Notes under the pieces: model-generated
The model's input: the letters and a program-made list of their open reading frames with translations, nothing else
What the model was told of the DNA's origin: nothing
Databases searched by the model: none
Origin: Paraspadella gotoi
Taxonomy: Eukaryota; Animalia; Chaetognatha
DNA: 64,000 nucleotides
Assembly: GCA_051294375.1 (NCBI GenBank)
Contig: CM119269.1
Location: 4,729,046 to 4,793,045 of the forward strand
Reading direction: 5' to 3'
Made by a program: the position numbers and the translations under genes
Shown: piece by piece, positions 12,024 to 25,745 of the stretch
Layout: each line of letters opens with the position of its first letter
Position numbering within the stretch: position 1 is the stretch's first letter

Positions 12024-15000
12024 CAATGATATTAACATTATCATTATCATTACATCTTATAGAAAACAATAGCACAACAAGGGAATAAAATTCTATTTTT
12101 ATTTTATTTATTTTTATTTTTATATCTAATTCTATTCTAAATTAAATTTCCAGTTTTATAAAGAAACATAAATTTCTGACATGTTTCAGCTTCATTGTAA
12201 GCTTTCATCAGCGCAAAAACGAATTGATTTGTAAAACAAATATTTTTAGACTCTTTTTCTCTCCCTTTTTTTTCTTTTTTTCTCTCTTCAAACTTTTTTT
12301 TCTGAAATAAAAACGAGAAACAACAATTTAATGCATTCGGTGAATTGAAAGTTAAGCGATTGTATGGTAATTGGCCAACATTTAATGTTAGATACAAAGA
12401 CTCGCGAATCGTGATATCTGAGTTCGAACTTTATATCATCACAAGGATTTATCGTTTGGATCATTTCGTCATTCGTGCTTTAGTTTATTCATTGGTTTTA
12501 GAGTTTATACTGAATTTTGTAATTCTTTTGAGTGTTTAAATAATAATTTTGATAATTCTTCGAATATTCTCGGGGCGTTTTAGGAGGAGGACGGACCGGC
12601 GGGTCCTAACAAACCGACAGCAAAATCTCGGTCGGCGAATGTAAAAATAAGCCAAAGTTTATTAAAAAAGCCTCAAAATTCGGATAATCATAATGAATTT
12701 ACTTTTTTTTTAAGATTATTTTAGCCTTATTTAATTATCCATAACTTTCGACGAGAATTAGGTCCGAATTCAATGTAAAATTGGTCCGAAGGTAATAAAA
12801 AATACGCGACGAATACAAAATGAAGTGTTTTTCTTTATTTTTTCCTGGACAGAGAAAGAAAAGACAATAATTTAATATGTTCGTGAGAAACAGAAAATTC
12901 GCTGTGGCGAGAGTTGTTTTCGGTCTCTTTTCCTTTCCAGAACTAACAGAGTCTGAGTCATGAACGAGAAGTAGAGAGAGAAAACTGAATGTTAAGCAGA
13001 AGAAGCAGATGAAGAAGGAGAAGAGAAAGAAAAGTAAATGTTAAGCAGAAGGAGACGAAGAAAAGAGAAAAAGAGCCGTGAATTGTTGTCGATTTACGAG
13101 GGGGCAGACAAAAAGCAAATAGTGTTTGTTAATGTTATTATTATTTATAATTGGAATTAGATAATTGTTAGAAAGATAATTTTTTAGAAAGAAAAGGCAA
13201 TTAAACGTAGGGCATCAACGGTGTTTCATTATAGAGTAGGGTGGAGTGATGAAAGATTGAGCAATTTAACATAATTTTTTTTGCTGCTTGTAATGTGTAT
13301 TTATGTATTTAAATATATTAGTGTATATTGTGTATTTTCGGAAAGATGCTGATAAGCTTTGATGGTAAGTTATTGAGTTCTGTGGTCTCGGTTTATTAGA
13401 AGGTGAGCGTTTCCCCTTTGAAATGTAATGGAAAGCTGCTGGAAGAAGTGTTTACTAAAGCATAATAAAAATTTTAAATTCAACTTATATAAAAAAAAAC
13501 CCTATATTTTTATGCTGAAAATTAAAATTTTATATATTAAATATAGTTTTTTTAAATTTTTATGGATAGTACTATATATAAATATAGCCTACTGCGAAAA
13601 TTGAAGAACATAAAATTATTTTTTTTTTTTACAAATTAATGTTCATTGGTGGTATGTCGTTCCTAATTGACATTTAAAATTTTCATATGTATATACCACG
13701 TTAGCTAAATCCACTGACATGAAGTAAAAATTAATGATATGTTGATCTACCACCTACAATTCTTCACCTTCTCCTCACTTTTATTATTATTATTTTCGTC
13801 TTCTACACTACCATCCATTAAGAGGATATTATCATACCATATAACACAAAATTCATTGGTTTTGAAATGCTAAAAACATTTATTAAAATGGGTTTAAAAA
13901 TGCTTAAAATGCTTCCGAACATGTTGGTATGAACTCGGTATCGCTCGAAAAAATTCTCTCTCTTCAGGCAAAACATTTTTTTATCATAAGATGATTCGGT
14001 TTCTTACCCAGACAAAGTTTTAATACCACAAATAACCCTGATTTCTGTTTCACGACTTCTTTAGTGACAACTTACTATAAAAAAATTGATATGTCAGGTT
14101 CCCAGGCGCAACATAAATAAATGTCAGTTCCTTCTTTTCCTGGAAAACTTGGAAACTGTGGAAACTTCAGAAACAACCGTGTTACTCACCTCTGCTTGAT
14201 ATGATTCTTTTTGTAATAAAAAATTAATGCAGTTGATATTTTGCTGTATGGGTTACAGTATTATATTTAAATTACTTATCTTTTAAAATTAAACTATTAG
14301 CCACTCCTAATTTTTTTACTTTTTTAGGATAAACTTGCGCCAATGTCAGCCCATACGGATATGCAATTATGCATCATCCCTTTAGCCCAGATTTTTGATG
14401 CTTTGGTTGGGTTAAGTCAATCCGCTTAAATTGCTTGCGTGAAGGCTGCAGATTGCAGAATCAATTTCTTAGAAAGTGATTGCGTTTTTGGACCAGTCAT
14501 TGTCAATAAAGGTCAATAAAGCCCAAAATATATAAAACAAATTATTTTAAGTTATTAATATACTATATCTTTTTGAATAAAATTTTTACAGAAAGAATAT
14601 CCAGCATTCTTTTATCTATCAAAAAAAAAAAAAAAAAAAAAAAAAAAAGATTACGTTTATCTCGATGCAGTAAACCTAACAATGATTTGTTTCGTGTCAG
14701 TGAATTTGGCTCACGGGTTATAATTAGTATTACGTATTACGTATGACGATTAGCTTAATTTTTTAAACTCCGTAATTCTGCAAATGGTGTTTTCGCAATG
14801 TTTCCGTTTTATAATTCTTATTTTGTCTCAATTGAAATCGAACAAAAATTTTCTTCATGACTTATCAATTTATCATGAATTAAAGAAGTTAGAAATAAAT
14901 TAGGAAGACCGAAAACTTTCTCGAGAGGACGTGTTTTTTTATTGCTGCTGTCTTTGCTTCTATGACGCGTAACTGGTCGAAATTTAAAAAAAAAAACAAC

Positions 15001-15516
15001 TTCAATTGGTGGTTCATTTTAAGTCGCATACTGCTTTTGACTGGAAATGAAGTTGTCAGGCGACTTTGATGACGGACCGACCGAACGATAGGCGGGCAAA
15101 AATTTATCACTTTTTAATCATTAAGAGTTTTGTAATATCAAATACATTTGTCCATCATATACTTAATCAATATTAACTATCATTTTTTTAAACTAGTGAA
15201 GCACAGTCTAACATTAAATTATTTAAATATTTATCAATGAATAAGCAATGAAAAAATATTCAGATAGCCCATAAAAAGTTAATGTACACAAAATTATAAT
15301 TCGTTTTTTAATATTTTGATGATAAGTGGGTTAAATAAGGGAAAAACCCTTAAAAATCATCATCATTATCATCATCATATATATGTACCACAAGTTTTAG
15401 TTTTGCTAATTTTAACTTATAAAACAAAAAAATGTGAAAAATCTTGTAATAATATTTTTTATTTATTTCTACCAGAATCTGTTTTTTATCCGACAGGGAT
15501 GCTCTAACGCTATTTA

Positions 15517-15975
15517 CAGGGGTGGGACGAGGCGTTTTAATCGATTAACGGTTAACCGTTAATCACCGATTAAAAATGATTTTAACTCTATCGGTTAATT
15601 TGGTAAAAATTAACCTGTTAATTTTAAAATTTACTAATTTAAACTTTTATTTGTTTTAAGTACTATGGTTTTCCTTTGCAAGGCTGTCACTATTTCTCAA
15701 AACTTTTTTCCCTTATTTTAGATTATATATGTAAGTATTAAAAGTGAAAAATAATTTTTAATTTCAAACTATGAATTTATTTTAATTAGAAAAAAAAACG
15801 TTAATTCATTTTTATTGAAAATAAAAAAAATATTTTTTGTTACTTATTTTTATCATTAAAATGATTGGCAAATTAACCGTTTTTAACGGTTTTAACGGTT
15901 AACCAGTTAAATTTTAGCATTTTTAACCAATAATTAAAATTTTTAAAATTAACCGTTTTTTTAACGCCTACACTG
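15517..15975. mobile_element. TA-flanked MITE (copy 2)
   Basis: ta|CAGGGGTGGGAC ... GCCTACACTG|ta; reverse complement of 10817-11274. Confidence 0.6.
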
Positions 15976-16317
15976 TACCAGATAGAAGAGGAATACAACA
16001 AAGAACAGTCACCACTAACAAATCGTTAACTTATAAAACGCAATACCTATCTTATGATAATTAATAGCTCTTGATAACTACGGTGAAAGCAATAAATAAC
16101 AAATCAGAAGAGATTAATAATGAATGAGCGAATAATAAATGAATTATTTAACGCTTCTTATATGGAATGATTTTTTTTGTAAACAAATTAATATTAAAAC
16201 TTTGATAATGAATCCACCAAAGTTTCTTTCTTATAAAAAGTCGTACAATTGGCATCGAAATCGAATGATAATTGGTGACCAGACACTTAATTTCATTTAT
16301 TTACCATTAAAACAGAA

Positions 16318-16539
16318 CATGTTGATATTGGCGCTAAGTGGGCAGAAGATGACTATCCATAACTTCTATAACTCGCTCTAGCAGACATGGAACGGGTCCT
16401 GGGCTTGGAACCAGGCTTGAGGGTTTGCCAGGTCCCCAAGGCGGCTTACGGCGTCCTCACCTTCCCGCAGGTAGGTACCAGTTGGATTGAAACAGTACCT
16501 CGTGGTCATGACTGATGGCTTACTCATGAGCCACCGGTC
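16318..16539 (-). mobile_element. tRNA-derived SINE-like element (copy 2)
   Basis: Reverse complement of 27200-27420. Confidence 0.6.
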
Positions 16540-16933
16540 ACAACTGAAAGAGTCATGCTGTAGGTGACGTCAAAAGAGTGCAGAAATTTTGTTACTTTTG
16601 AAAACATGGCTCAATTAATTTAATAAGCCATTTTATTTTTTTCCATCGATAGCTCAAAATTGCAAAAGACTTTAATTCTTGATAAAGATAGAGTAAACAC
16701 CATCCGTTTACTTATTTCAATAGATTTAAAGTCACACTCGATTTGGTCAACAACTTTCGAAGTATGTATCATGTTACTTATAGGCGGTGTAAACCTTGCA
16801 ATGCCCGACTACATACATAACTTTTCGCTTTTTTTCCTTTTCTGTGACCGAACCTCGAAGCGTCATTCCTGTTACTTCAAAATATTTTGGTTCAATTTCG
16901 GCCGCGGATTTTCGATAACAGATCTCCTAACGT

Positions 16934-17009
<76 letters not shown>

Positions 17010-17317
17010 AAACGCCAGATCGTCAACGGAACTGGATCGTTTTTTTCTCTAAGGAACAAAACATCTTTTTTTTCCATACCTTAAAACGATTCTCTTGTGC
17101 AACGAAAAACCTCCTTCTGCCAACCCCCTCCCCCCCCCCCAAAAAAAAAGACTATCAAAAGACGAGCGAGCGACAGTCGCATTCAGTTAGGATCTTCATA
17201 TTTTTTGACGGGTTCATCCGCTCCTGAAAAGATACATAACAATATTATTTTGAATGAAAATCTGTTCGCATTTCTAATCTACTAATCTTCTAATATGTTC
17301 TCCGTTTTCATCTTTCA

Positions 17318-17401
<84 letters not shown>

Positions 17402-18985
17402 CCTCCTCTCGATCGCGACCTTCTTTTTGGCTTCCAAATTCCGCCGCCGAAGCATCAAATTGACTGTGAAATAAGAAAAACCGCTGGCGGAGAAAAGGAA
17501 AGGAAAAGGAGGGAAAAGAGAAAAAGGAAAAAAAGAAAAAGGAAAAAAAAAAAGAAAAAGTTAAAAGAGAAAAAAAATGTTAAGACAAACGAAATGGAAA
17601 TTTAATTTAGAATAGAATTAGATATAAAAATAAAAATAAATAAAATAAAAATAGAATTTTATTCCCTTGTTGTGCTATTGTTTTCTATAAGATGTAATGA
17701 TAATGATAATGTTAATATCATTGTAAAAGTGCTTTTAGATAAAAAAAACAAAAAAAAACAAACAAACAACAAAAAAAAAAAAAAAAAAAGANNNNNNNNN
17801 NNNNNNNNNNNNNNNNCAACTAGTGAATCGGGTGATCACTGATCAGGCTGGTGAAACAGGCAGTAAAGGATGCTAACAGAAAAGAGAAACAAGCAGTGAA
17901 GGGGGCGAACATACAGTGAAGGTGGAACGAAATGGTGAGACAAAAAGAATTGGTTGAAGAAAAAAGGGAGTGAAAAAGTCGGAGAATTTGAGAGGCAAAT
18001 CTCCAACCTTAATTTCACGACGTTATTCGTAGCTTTCGTCTTTGCTCCCTGATTGCTTCTCTTTCAAATCAGCTTTCGTTGCAATTTAACATCAGACCAA
18101 ACAAGTTTGCTTCGAGATTTGCAGTTTTTCTTAAAGGAGAGTGAGATGAATGGCGAGCCGATGCAAAATATGTTTCCGACTGGGTACGTGTTTTAAAGGC
18201 TGCAAAAGGGACGACAAAATTACTCATGCGACGATCTCTTGCACTCAATAACTCGTATATGCGACTCTGGATGTAGCAGGCGGCCTGGGAGAAGTTCGGT
18301 TGGGAGGCGCGACTCGAGTTCGCCGTACGCGAAATTGAGTCGAGCGCCCTCTGCTCGAACACGCTTGTTAGCAGGACGCACGCCGCGCGGATGCCGCCCA
18401 CGCTGGGCATGGTCCTCCCTCGGGACCGACGGGGCTTGTAGAGCTATATATTGGAAAGCGCCGTTCTGTCACACGGGACTAAAACTGACATAGAGAAAAA
18501 TTATCGTGTTCTGTCGTCCGTCGTTGCCGCTCTTCTGCCTTTCTCTCAGAATGCAGGTGTGTGTGATAGTAAGCGAGTGAGTATCGTATAAATATAGGCC
18601 TATATCCGGATTAATTAAAGTTCACCAGAGATTATTGGAAGTCGTATCTTTGTTGAAATTGAGTTTTTTGTAAAAAAACCGTTATCTTTCGGTATATTAG
18701 GCGGTTTTGAGTGCGGTTTAGCCGCGGTTCTGTAGATTATATTGTAAAAGAATTGAGGATGCTCGGTATTAGATCAGTCTTAGGATAAATGTAGGATATT
18801 CAAAAGTGAAACGATTAACAGCGTATAAGGACCTTCATTTCTGCAATAGGGCACTTATACTAGTACTAATAAATGAATGTCACGTAACGATCTCATGCGA
18901 AGGGATAGCAGACGTCGTCGGTTATCGTCAACCGCTGTGAGAGCACTGTGTGCTACTCCTTACAGCTCGATCGAAGAAGGGTCAT

Positions 18986-19762
18986 GTCTTTAGTTTTGGA
19001 CTCAGTAATTTCTCTCACTGGCTCGCCGACCACAATTTCCTTTGATACTGTATGAGTTCTGTCGCTTTAAAAAAATTCAGACGACGAAACGAAGCTGAAC
19101 CGTTAATGATGAAAGACTGGGATGTTTAAGTTTAGTTAAAGTATCTTCGCTTGTTTAGTTTGTTTGTTTATTCTTTGTTTAGTTTTTCTTTTTCGTCGAC
19201 GAAGGAAGCGGAACTGAATATGACAATGTTCTCTTCAAGACCAGAAGCGGGTTTTCTGCAAAAAGAGGGAGAATGTGTTAAAAATTTGATGATGGAAAAG
19301 TATAAATCTGTAAGATAGAACAATGAGAAGAAAAAATGAAGAAAGAGAAAATAAACTGCGTACAAAAATACAATAAAAAAGATTTGTCGAAATATTTGAA
19401 AAAAATTAACGAGAATATAAAAAAAAATTCTCGAATTTCAATAAATTTACCATACCGAGTATTATTTAAAACCGAATTTATTTCTCGAATAAACTTAAAT
19501 ATCATACATAGTAATTCACGTCTCAGAAATAGATAATTTTTCTTTGATGATAGCGTTTTTGATACGCTGGTCGCAAGGAACGGTGTTGTTCCTTCTCTTC
19601 TCGTACCTCCTGAGGAGATATCAGGTTTTGGGTCTAAATAAGACAGCAACAAAGAAGATCGCGACGACGACGACGACGACGGCGACGACAGACGGCGACA
19701 GCGTCGGCGCGCGCGGCGAAAATGACGATCACGGAGAATTCATTTCTCCTTAATTTTTTTTT
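18986..19762 (+). repeat. Direct duplicate of 33852-34629
   Basis: Near-identical text (ctcactggctcgccgaccacaatttcc...ggagaattcatttctccttaattttt) differing mostly by single-base indels. Confidence 0.9.
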
Positions 19763-22700
19763 GAACGGAGCGGGATTTCTCTCTCAGCTCTGCCTGCTAT
19801 AATTATTAATACGCCCTTAGACATCATATAACGCCTATCTACATATGAGAACGCGTCACTCAGAGAAAAAAATATAATATAATCATTTTGACATAAAAAG
19901 ATTTGACACGGAGTATTAAGTTTATATTTCGTTGAAGAGGGGCGAGAATGAAAGCAGCTGGCGAATAACAGTCGTACGTCAGGCTAGGGAGAGAGAGAGA
20001 GATGCGCGCGTACAATTCGCGCGCTTTAGAGGCACTGCTATAGCGAAGAACCGCGAGGATGAGAACCTTGTAGAGACGCAAAGGACGTGTTTGGGAGGAT
20101 TCTTCACACAGGGCGAAGCGGAAGAAGTCCCATCGAGGAGGAGCAGAAGAGCAGAGGCTAAAGTAAACAGATGAGGAGAGAGGGAAGAGAGAAGAGAGAG
20201 AGTTAGGAATGCCAGATTGGAAACAACAGGAAAAAAAAGAGACAAGGCCACAGGCAGAGCAGAGAAGCAGAGAGAGATAATATGTGATTGTCAAATGTGA
20301 AATTGAGAGTTTTTAGACGACGAGACCGCAGATCGACTTTGATCTCAGAGAAAGAGGAAGCAAGGCGTCGAAGAGACCGGAGTCTCAATTAATGTCCGTT
20401 TGCATCGACATTGATGAGTAGGTTAAATAATGAAACAAAAGCACCGGACAAGAGACGTAGAAAGGGTCGACAAAATGATACGAGAGAACTCAGCGAGAAG
20501 ACAGTCTCAGAGAGCACATTTCTGTTCAGACATACCATTGAGACGCCAAAATGTCCGTAAAAGGATTACTTCGAGCGAGAGTCGAACATATAGCGGGTTA
20601 CTACAAGAAAGTTAGACGTGCTAGCCATGAATGAGATAAAACACTTGTTGAGGTATGCGAACACGGGGCGACGAATTCACTACTAGTGTATGGCGAGCAA
20701 TGTAACACGAATGATAATCAGATAAACAGACACACTGGTTCTAATTATAAAGACCACGAATCTTAGCCCTGTTCGTGGCAAATCGCTGTGGGGCCTCATA
20801 AGTCGACTATGTGAACAACAAAGTCCTAAATAAAGTTTATCAAATAATGGTCTCGTCGGCTGGGAAAAAATTATCCAAAGACGGGGAGGGAATATATATA
20901 TATACAAATATAAGCACGAACAAGTTTTACCTATAAACACCCATTAACGAGCAAAATGTTAGACAGTTGGTTTAGTTGTGCTCCGTTCCCGCAAACCGAT
21001 GGTACGGTAATAATAACAAATTCTGGCCGGGTCAACTATGGAGGCAACAATGTGAGTAGTGAGCAAGGAGCGGGGAGAAGCTACCCTTAACTAGTCGTCA
21101 TCTCATGTAGGCAGCAAAATAAAATATATATAAAACCTCACGTTTTTGCTTCGTTTATTTCCTGTTGGTGGTATATTTAGTGGCTGATAATCCAAATGGC
21201 TAGGTATCGAGGGGTGGGAATCGTCCGGTTACGCCTTTATTTTTTGGAATAAAAAAAAATATCAGTTGGTAAGCTGAAAATCACAATAAAGGTCCAATAC
21301 GTCACCATGAGAGAGTATATAGTGCGCCTGAACTCGTGCGAAGGCTCGCCAAGGTGGATAATATGAATGTACGATAGGGAACCGCACACCGACAAATAGG
21401 CAACGTAGGAAGGGACAATATTAATATAAAACTGATAAATTATGAACGGATATTGCATGCACCTGAAAAAAGAAGTTGGTAGGGCGCTATGTTACGACAT
21501 ATAACCGCAAAACACGAAGTTAGGTAACATGTCAGATAAATGAAAGGCGAGTAGCAATCGGGGTGAATAAGAGAATTTACAAAGACGATCGAAAGTGGGC
21601 TGAGAAAGAAGTGAAAAAGCCCAAGTCACGTGCTGAGGTCGAACGCTTAAAGGTTTCACCAAAAATATAGAGCGTCTGCGGTGAACAAATGTCGTCGCAG
21701 ATATTTTGGAAGAATATTTAGTCATTTTATGGAGGAACATTGAAGAGAGATAAATACAGAGGAAACCAGCAACAAACATACAAAGATGTAAAGCAGGATA
21801 TAACATATACTTATATTACAGATTTGAAATCTCAGTCGCACGACCATTTCGCACGATTGGGAAAAAACGAAGGGCGCCGTGATAAGCATCTGCCAGACTC
21901 TTGCAGTTGTAACATGATTTAAACCATCCCAAGGGCCACATGTATCAATATGAAAGCGTATATGCAATTGTTTATTATCTCATTGTAGTATAATGTTAAA
22001 CGGAGCGGGCAAATGGAATTGTTTTAAAAAGAATAAAACAGAAAGATAAGAGAGGATAGCGTCTTATCACCTTCATTGACCTTATTGCTGGGCTCTGTTT
22101 TGTTATTTTTGCTGTTCGTAAGGTTAAATACACTATACATACATCTTTGCTCAATGAAATTTCGGTACATTCACTTGTGTTCAAGCATGGCCTATATTAT
22201 CTGCTTATAGAGAGAAAACCAAATGTTAGTAACTTTCTTTTAAATATTATTTCCCAATAACTTGGGAATTTACTGGCTGTGTTGAGACGATCCTATTTGA
22301 GCATAGACCAGCACTCCAGATCGCTATTAAGCGATGAGTACGAACTCCACAAAGAGCAATGTTTTGAGACAAAAAAATCATTAGTAACACTTGAATCGTA
22401 TCACCAATAGAAGGAGGAAGTTTTTAATAACCAACTATCGGGAGTAGAAAATATTCTAGGTTAAACAGAGGAAGGGGTTAGCAGCGTTATATGAGAAATC
22501 GTGAGGAGGCAACTCTTATATTATAAACATTACTCAAGTAATATAAAATTTTTGTATATGTATGGTTACTGTAATACCAGCCAAACTATCTCCCCATAGC
22601 GCAAATAATCAGTGAGAGCACGTAGCTTAATAACTCTTATACACGGCATAAACCGATCTGGCTTTGGAGAGATTTAAACAAAGGGGACTTCTCTGGAAAA

Positions 22701-25424
22701 GCATTATCCTAATATTCTCCCACTAACAAATAAACACAATGATGCAAAAATAATAAATGAGAGTTAAAGAAATAAAAACCACTTTGTTATATGGAAAACC
22801 GATAGGACCACATTGTTTCCCATTCCATTTGTTAGATAATGTCATTATCCCTATCATATCATCTGTATTTGCTTCCGCTAGCATACCTAGAAACAAGATA
22901 CCGAGCGGATTATAACTCTATATTATGCCATGACGATGGCTCTCCTTTCGGGAGAAGTCCTCACCAGAGGAAAAAGAGATCCCATGACCTTGTAATATAT
23001 GTGGTAAGATATGCAGCATCAGCCACTCTTATCATACAAACCACTTAATTATGAGGTTTTCTTGTAATAGAGAGACAATTATTACTCATCTCCTGAATTA
23101 TGATATATTTTATACTCGAAATAGCGCTCAGAGTACTCATAATTTAATTTTTCATCCTACATACTAAATGTAATATATCTAGGCTATTTAGGTATTAGAA
23201 TCTAATAAATCTACAGTAATAACTAATAAGTACTTGATTAATTGATGCCTTGCACGACAGGAATCTACACTCTTGAGTACGCGCTTCTGTTTATACTTTC
23301 ATCAACTACACGTAATTATTTCTCTTTGAACACAAGCGTGTCGTATCTCCAAACGCAGAGTCTCATCCGTTACTCCATCTTCTCTCAATTTACATACATA
23401 TTTCTCTATAGCTCTCAGGTGACGCAATTTAATAAGTCTCGGTGAAATGTCTGTGTACATCATGACAACATCGTGAAGATTCTATATGAACAGAGCAAAT
23501 TTACATCTCTACTGTGTCACTTCACTAAAGAAAATGCGTAAAGTCGGACCAATCTTATCAAAACCGCCTATATAAAGTGTTCTTCTCTCTTGCTAGATAT
23601 TATTCATATTCTAAAAAAGTTACATCGATCACTTTTTATGACAAATCTTAAGCTATACCAGATTTACACGGCTAATCTGAATTATCTCCTATTCTACCTT
23701 CTTATGTGCAGATGGGATTACTACACCTGGTCTCACCTTACTCTCTCTACAAATATTACTTCGCTGTCCGACTACACTGGTTCATTAGATATATAGACTA
23801 TCACCCTATAGTCGATCATCCACATTATATGCTCTAAACTAAAAAGTATCGCGTATATTATGTATTTCCTTATAAGCCGGACTGGAATAAACATACTTCA
23901 CAGACTCGCCACTTTTTTCATGATTGACTAGTCAATTGCTAAGCTCAGGGCTCTAATATTATCTGATATTCGAGACACAGCACCAATTAATGATCGACGA
24001 GTAAAAGATCTCTGAGGAGAGAACGGTATTTCGCTGAGAAACAGCATTCCAAAGGAGCTTACTTAAGATTGTCTCCTTTTATCAACTATAAGTCTTATCC
24101 TTCTGTATCTGAGAAGCGATGTCTAATGGTTGGTCTTCTATGTATCTTGTAGATACTTTTCCTGCTCTCTCTTTGTTAGGTTTCTTATATAATCATTAAC
24201 TGTTTCATTTTTATAGTCTGAATCGCACAGGAATTTTCTTGCACACACCATCCGGCGCGCGTGATTAATCGTTTCTTTCCTCAGATTTTCATAAAAATTC
24301 GATTTTTTCATACATGAATTCTTTTTCTAGAGCACAACGCTTCAGTTAAATAGAGTTCGTTAAGCTGATCCGCGTGTCTGTCGTAAATCCAATCGTCTTT
24401 GTCAGACTTCTGCCGCAAACGCCATACTTTAGTCTATAACACCTCACAAAAAGGTAACTGTCCATAGTTTACAGCTCACTCCCCAGAGATATCATGCACA
24501 AGTGGGGAAAACGAAAAAAAGATGGAATCGAACAAAAAGTCGCGTAAAATATGATGTGAAATAAGCAGAGGGAAAGCACAATAAAAGATACTTAAACTTT
24601 GGAAAGATAAAAAATGAAACGAAAAATATAATACTAATGTTTGTCACAATTATAAATTTATTGTTCTTGTGTAATAGATTATTGCCCTATATAGGCATAG
24701 CTAAAGAAGGGAGAAAGAACGAGAGAAGTGAATAGCAACCCCCAATGTCTCAAAATCATGAGAAAACATAGGATCTACCGACCAAATTATATATAAGCAA
24801 GCCATCCACTATTTATGCCGCAAATGACTTATAGCGCGGAGCAAGTATGTAAAAGAGACGAAGATAGATAACACAGGCGGGATATGAAACTAAAGTAACA
24901 AGAGGGTAAAGACATAAAGCCAATATGCACACTGACTGTGAGCAAACGGGACCCGAAAATGGACTGTTGGAAAAGCCAAGGAGATGTCTGCATGCTAGTT
25001 TCTTTGCTTATCTCAGGAGCAATCGATTCGGCGGAAGTCGGCGGAGAGGTAGCGAGAGAAAACAGACGAAGCGGCGGAAGGAGGAGGCGGCGGACCCCGA
25101 GGAGGAAGGGAAATCCACAAGCGAAAAGACAAGAGAAGGGAAAAACAGTGCAGGGGAATGAAACAAGTTGGTGAATGCAGGGCCAAACAGACAGGTGAAA
25201 TAAAGCAGCCGAACAGGAGGGCCAGAGACAAGCTTAATGGGAGGAAAGCACATAAGTCAGCAGGAAGGGGGATCGAACCAGTAGAATGGTAAACTAAGCA
25301 GGCAAAAAGAGAGCAAAGAAATAGTAAGTGGGAAGACAACTAAGTGAAATCGGGGGGTGGATCACTCGGATTCAGCGCTGGCTTGTGAAAGCAGNNNNNN
25401 NNNNNNNNNNNNNNNNNNNAAGGA

Positions 25425-25745
25425 GCGGAGAAACAAACGGCGAAGAGAGCGGACAGAGAAGGGAAACAAGCAGCAAAAAGGGAAAACAGTGAGGGAAACA
25501 AGGTGAATCAGGCCACAGACAGTGAAATAAGCAGCGAAAGGGGGCGAGCAGTTAAGGGAAACAAGCAGCGAAGGAGGGTCGAACATAGTGGTAACAAGCA
25601 GCAAAAAGAGCAAATAGTAAGGGGAAACAACAGTGAATCGGGTGATCACTGCTATGCAGGCTGGTGAAACAGGCAGTAAAGGAAACTAACAGAAAAGAGA
25701 AACAAGCAGTGAAGGGGGCGAACATACAGTGAAGGTGGAACGAAA
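25425..25745 (+). repeat. Degenerate purine-rich minisatellite (gaaacaagcagYgaagggggc-like unit); noisy copy at 25130-25370
   Basis: Recurrent gaaacaagcagc/gaaacaagcagt cores at roughly 21-35-nt spacing. Confidence 0.6.

Larger units (their letters stand above)
6367..12151 (+). repeat. Copy 1 of a triplicated ~5.7-kb non-coding segment; block order A(6367-8669), S5-S6(8690-10070), S3-S4(10083-11352), S2(11355-12020), S1(12022-12151)
   Basis: Each block matches a block in 25945-31588 on the same strand, e.g. attctgcaatctgcagcc at 6367 and 29276, and gacgttaggagatc at about 10083 and 26805. The order of the blocks differs. Confidence 0.9.
12153..17790 (-). repeat. Copy 2 of the segment = left arm of a ~5.6-kb inverted repeat
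   Basis: Reverse complement of 25945-31588 along its whole length, e.g. 14461 tcaatttcttagaaagtgattgcg versus 29253 cgcaatcactttctaagaaattga. Confidence 0.92.

Noticed and set aside
11725-12075. ORFs rich in SLSLSL/ERERER (also 16660-17084, 26654-26944, 34781-35371, 41945-42226, 60892-62608)
   Set aside because: They are translations of (GA)n/(TC)n/(GAAA)n microsatellites.
6360-17600. Common recombination site or pointer sequence at the block junctions
   Set aside because: Only short AT-rich coincidences (e.g. ttataaaac/gttttataa, aatt) were found, which are expected by chance at this composition.
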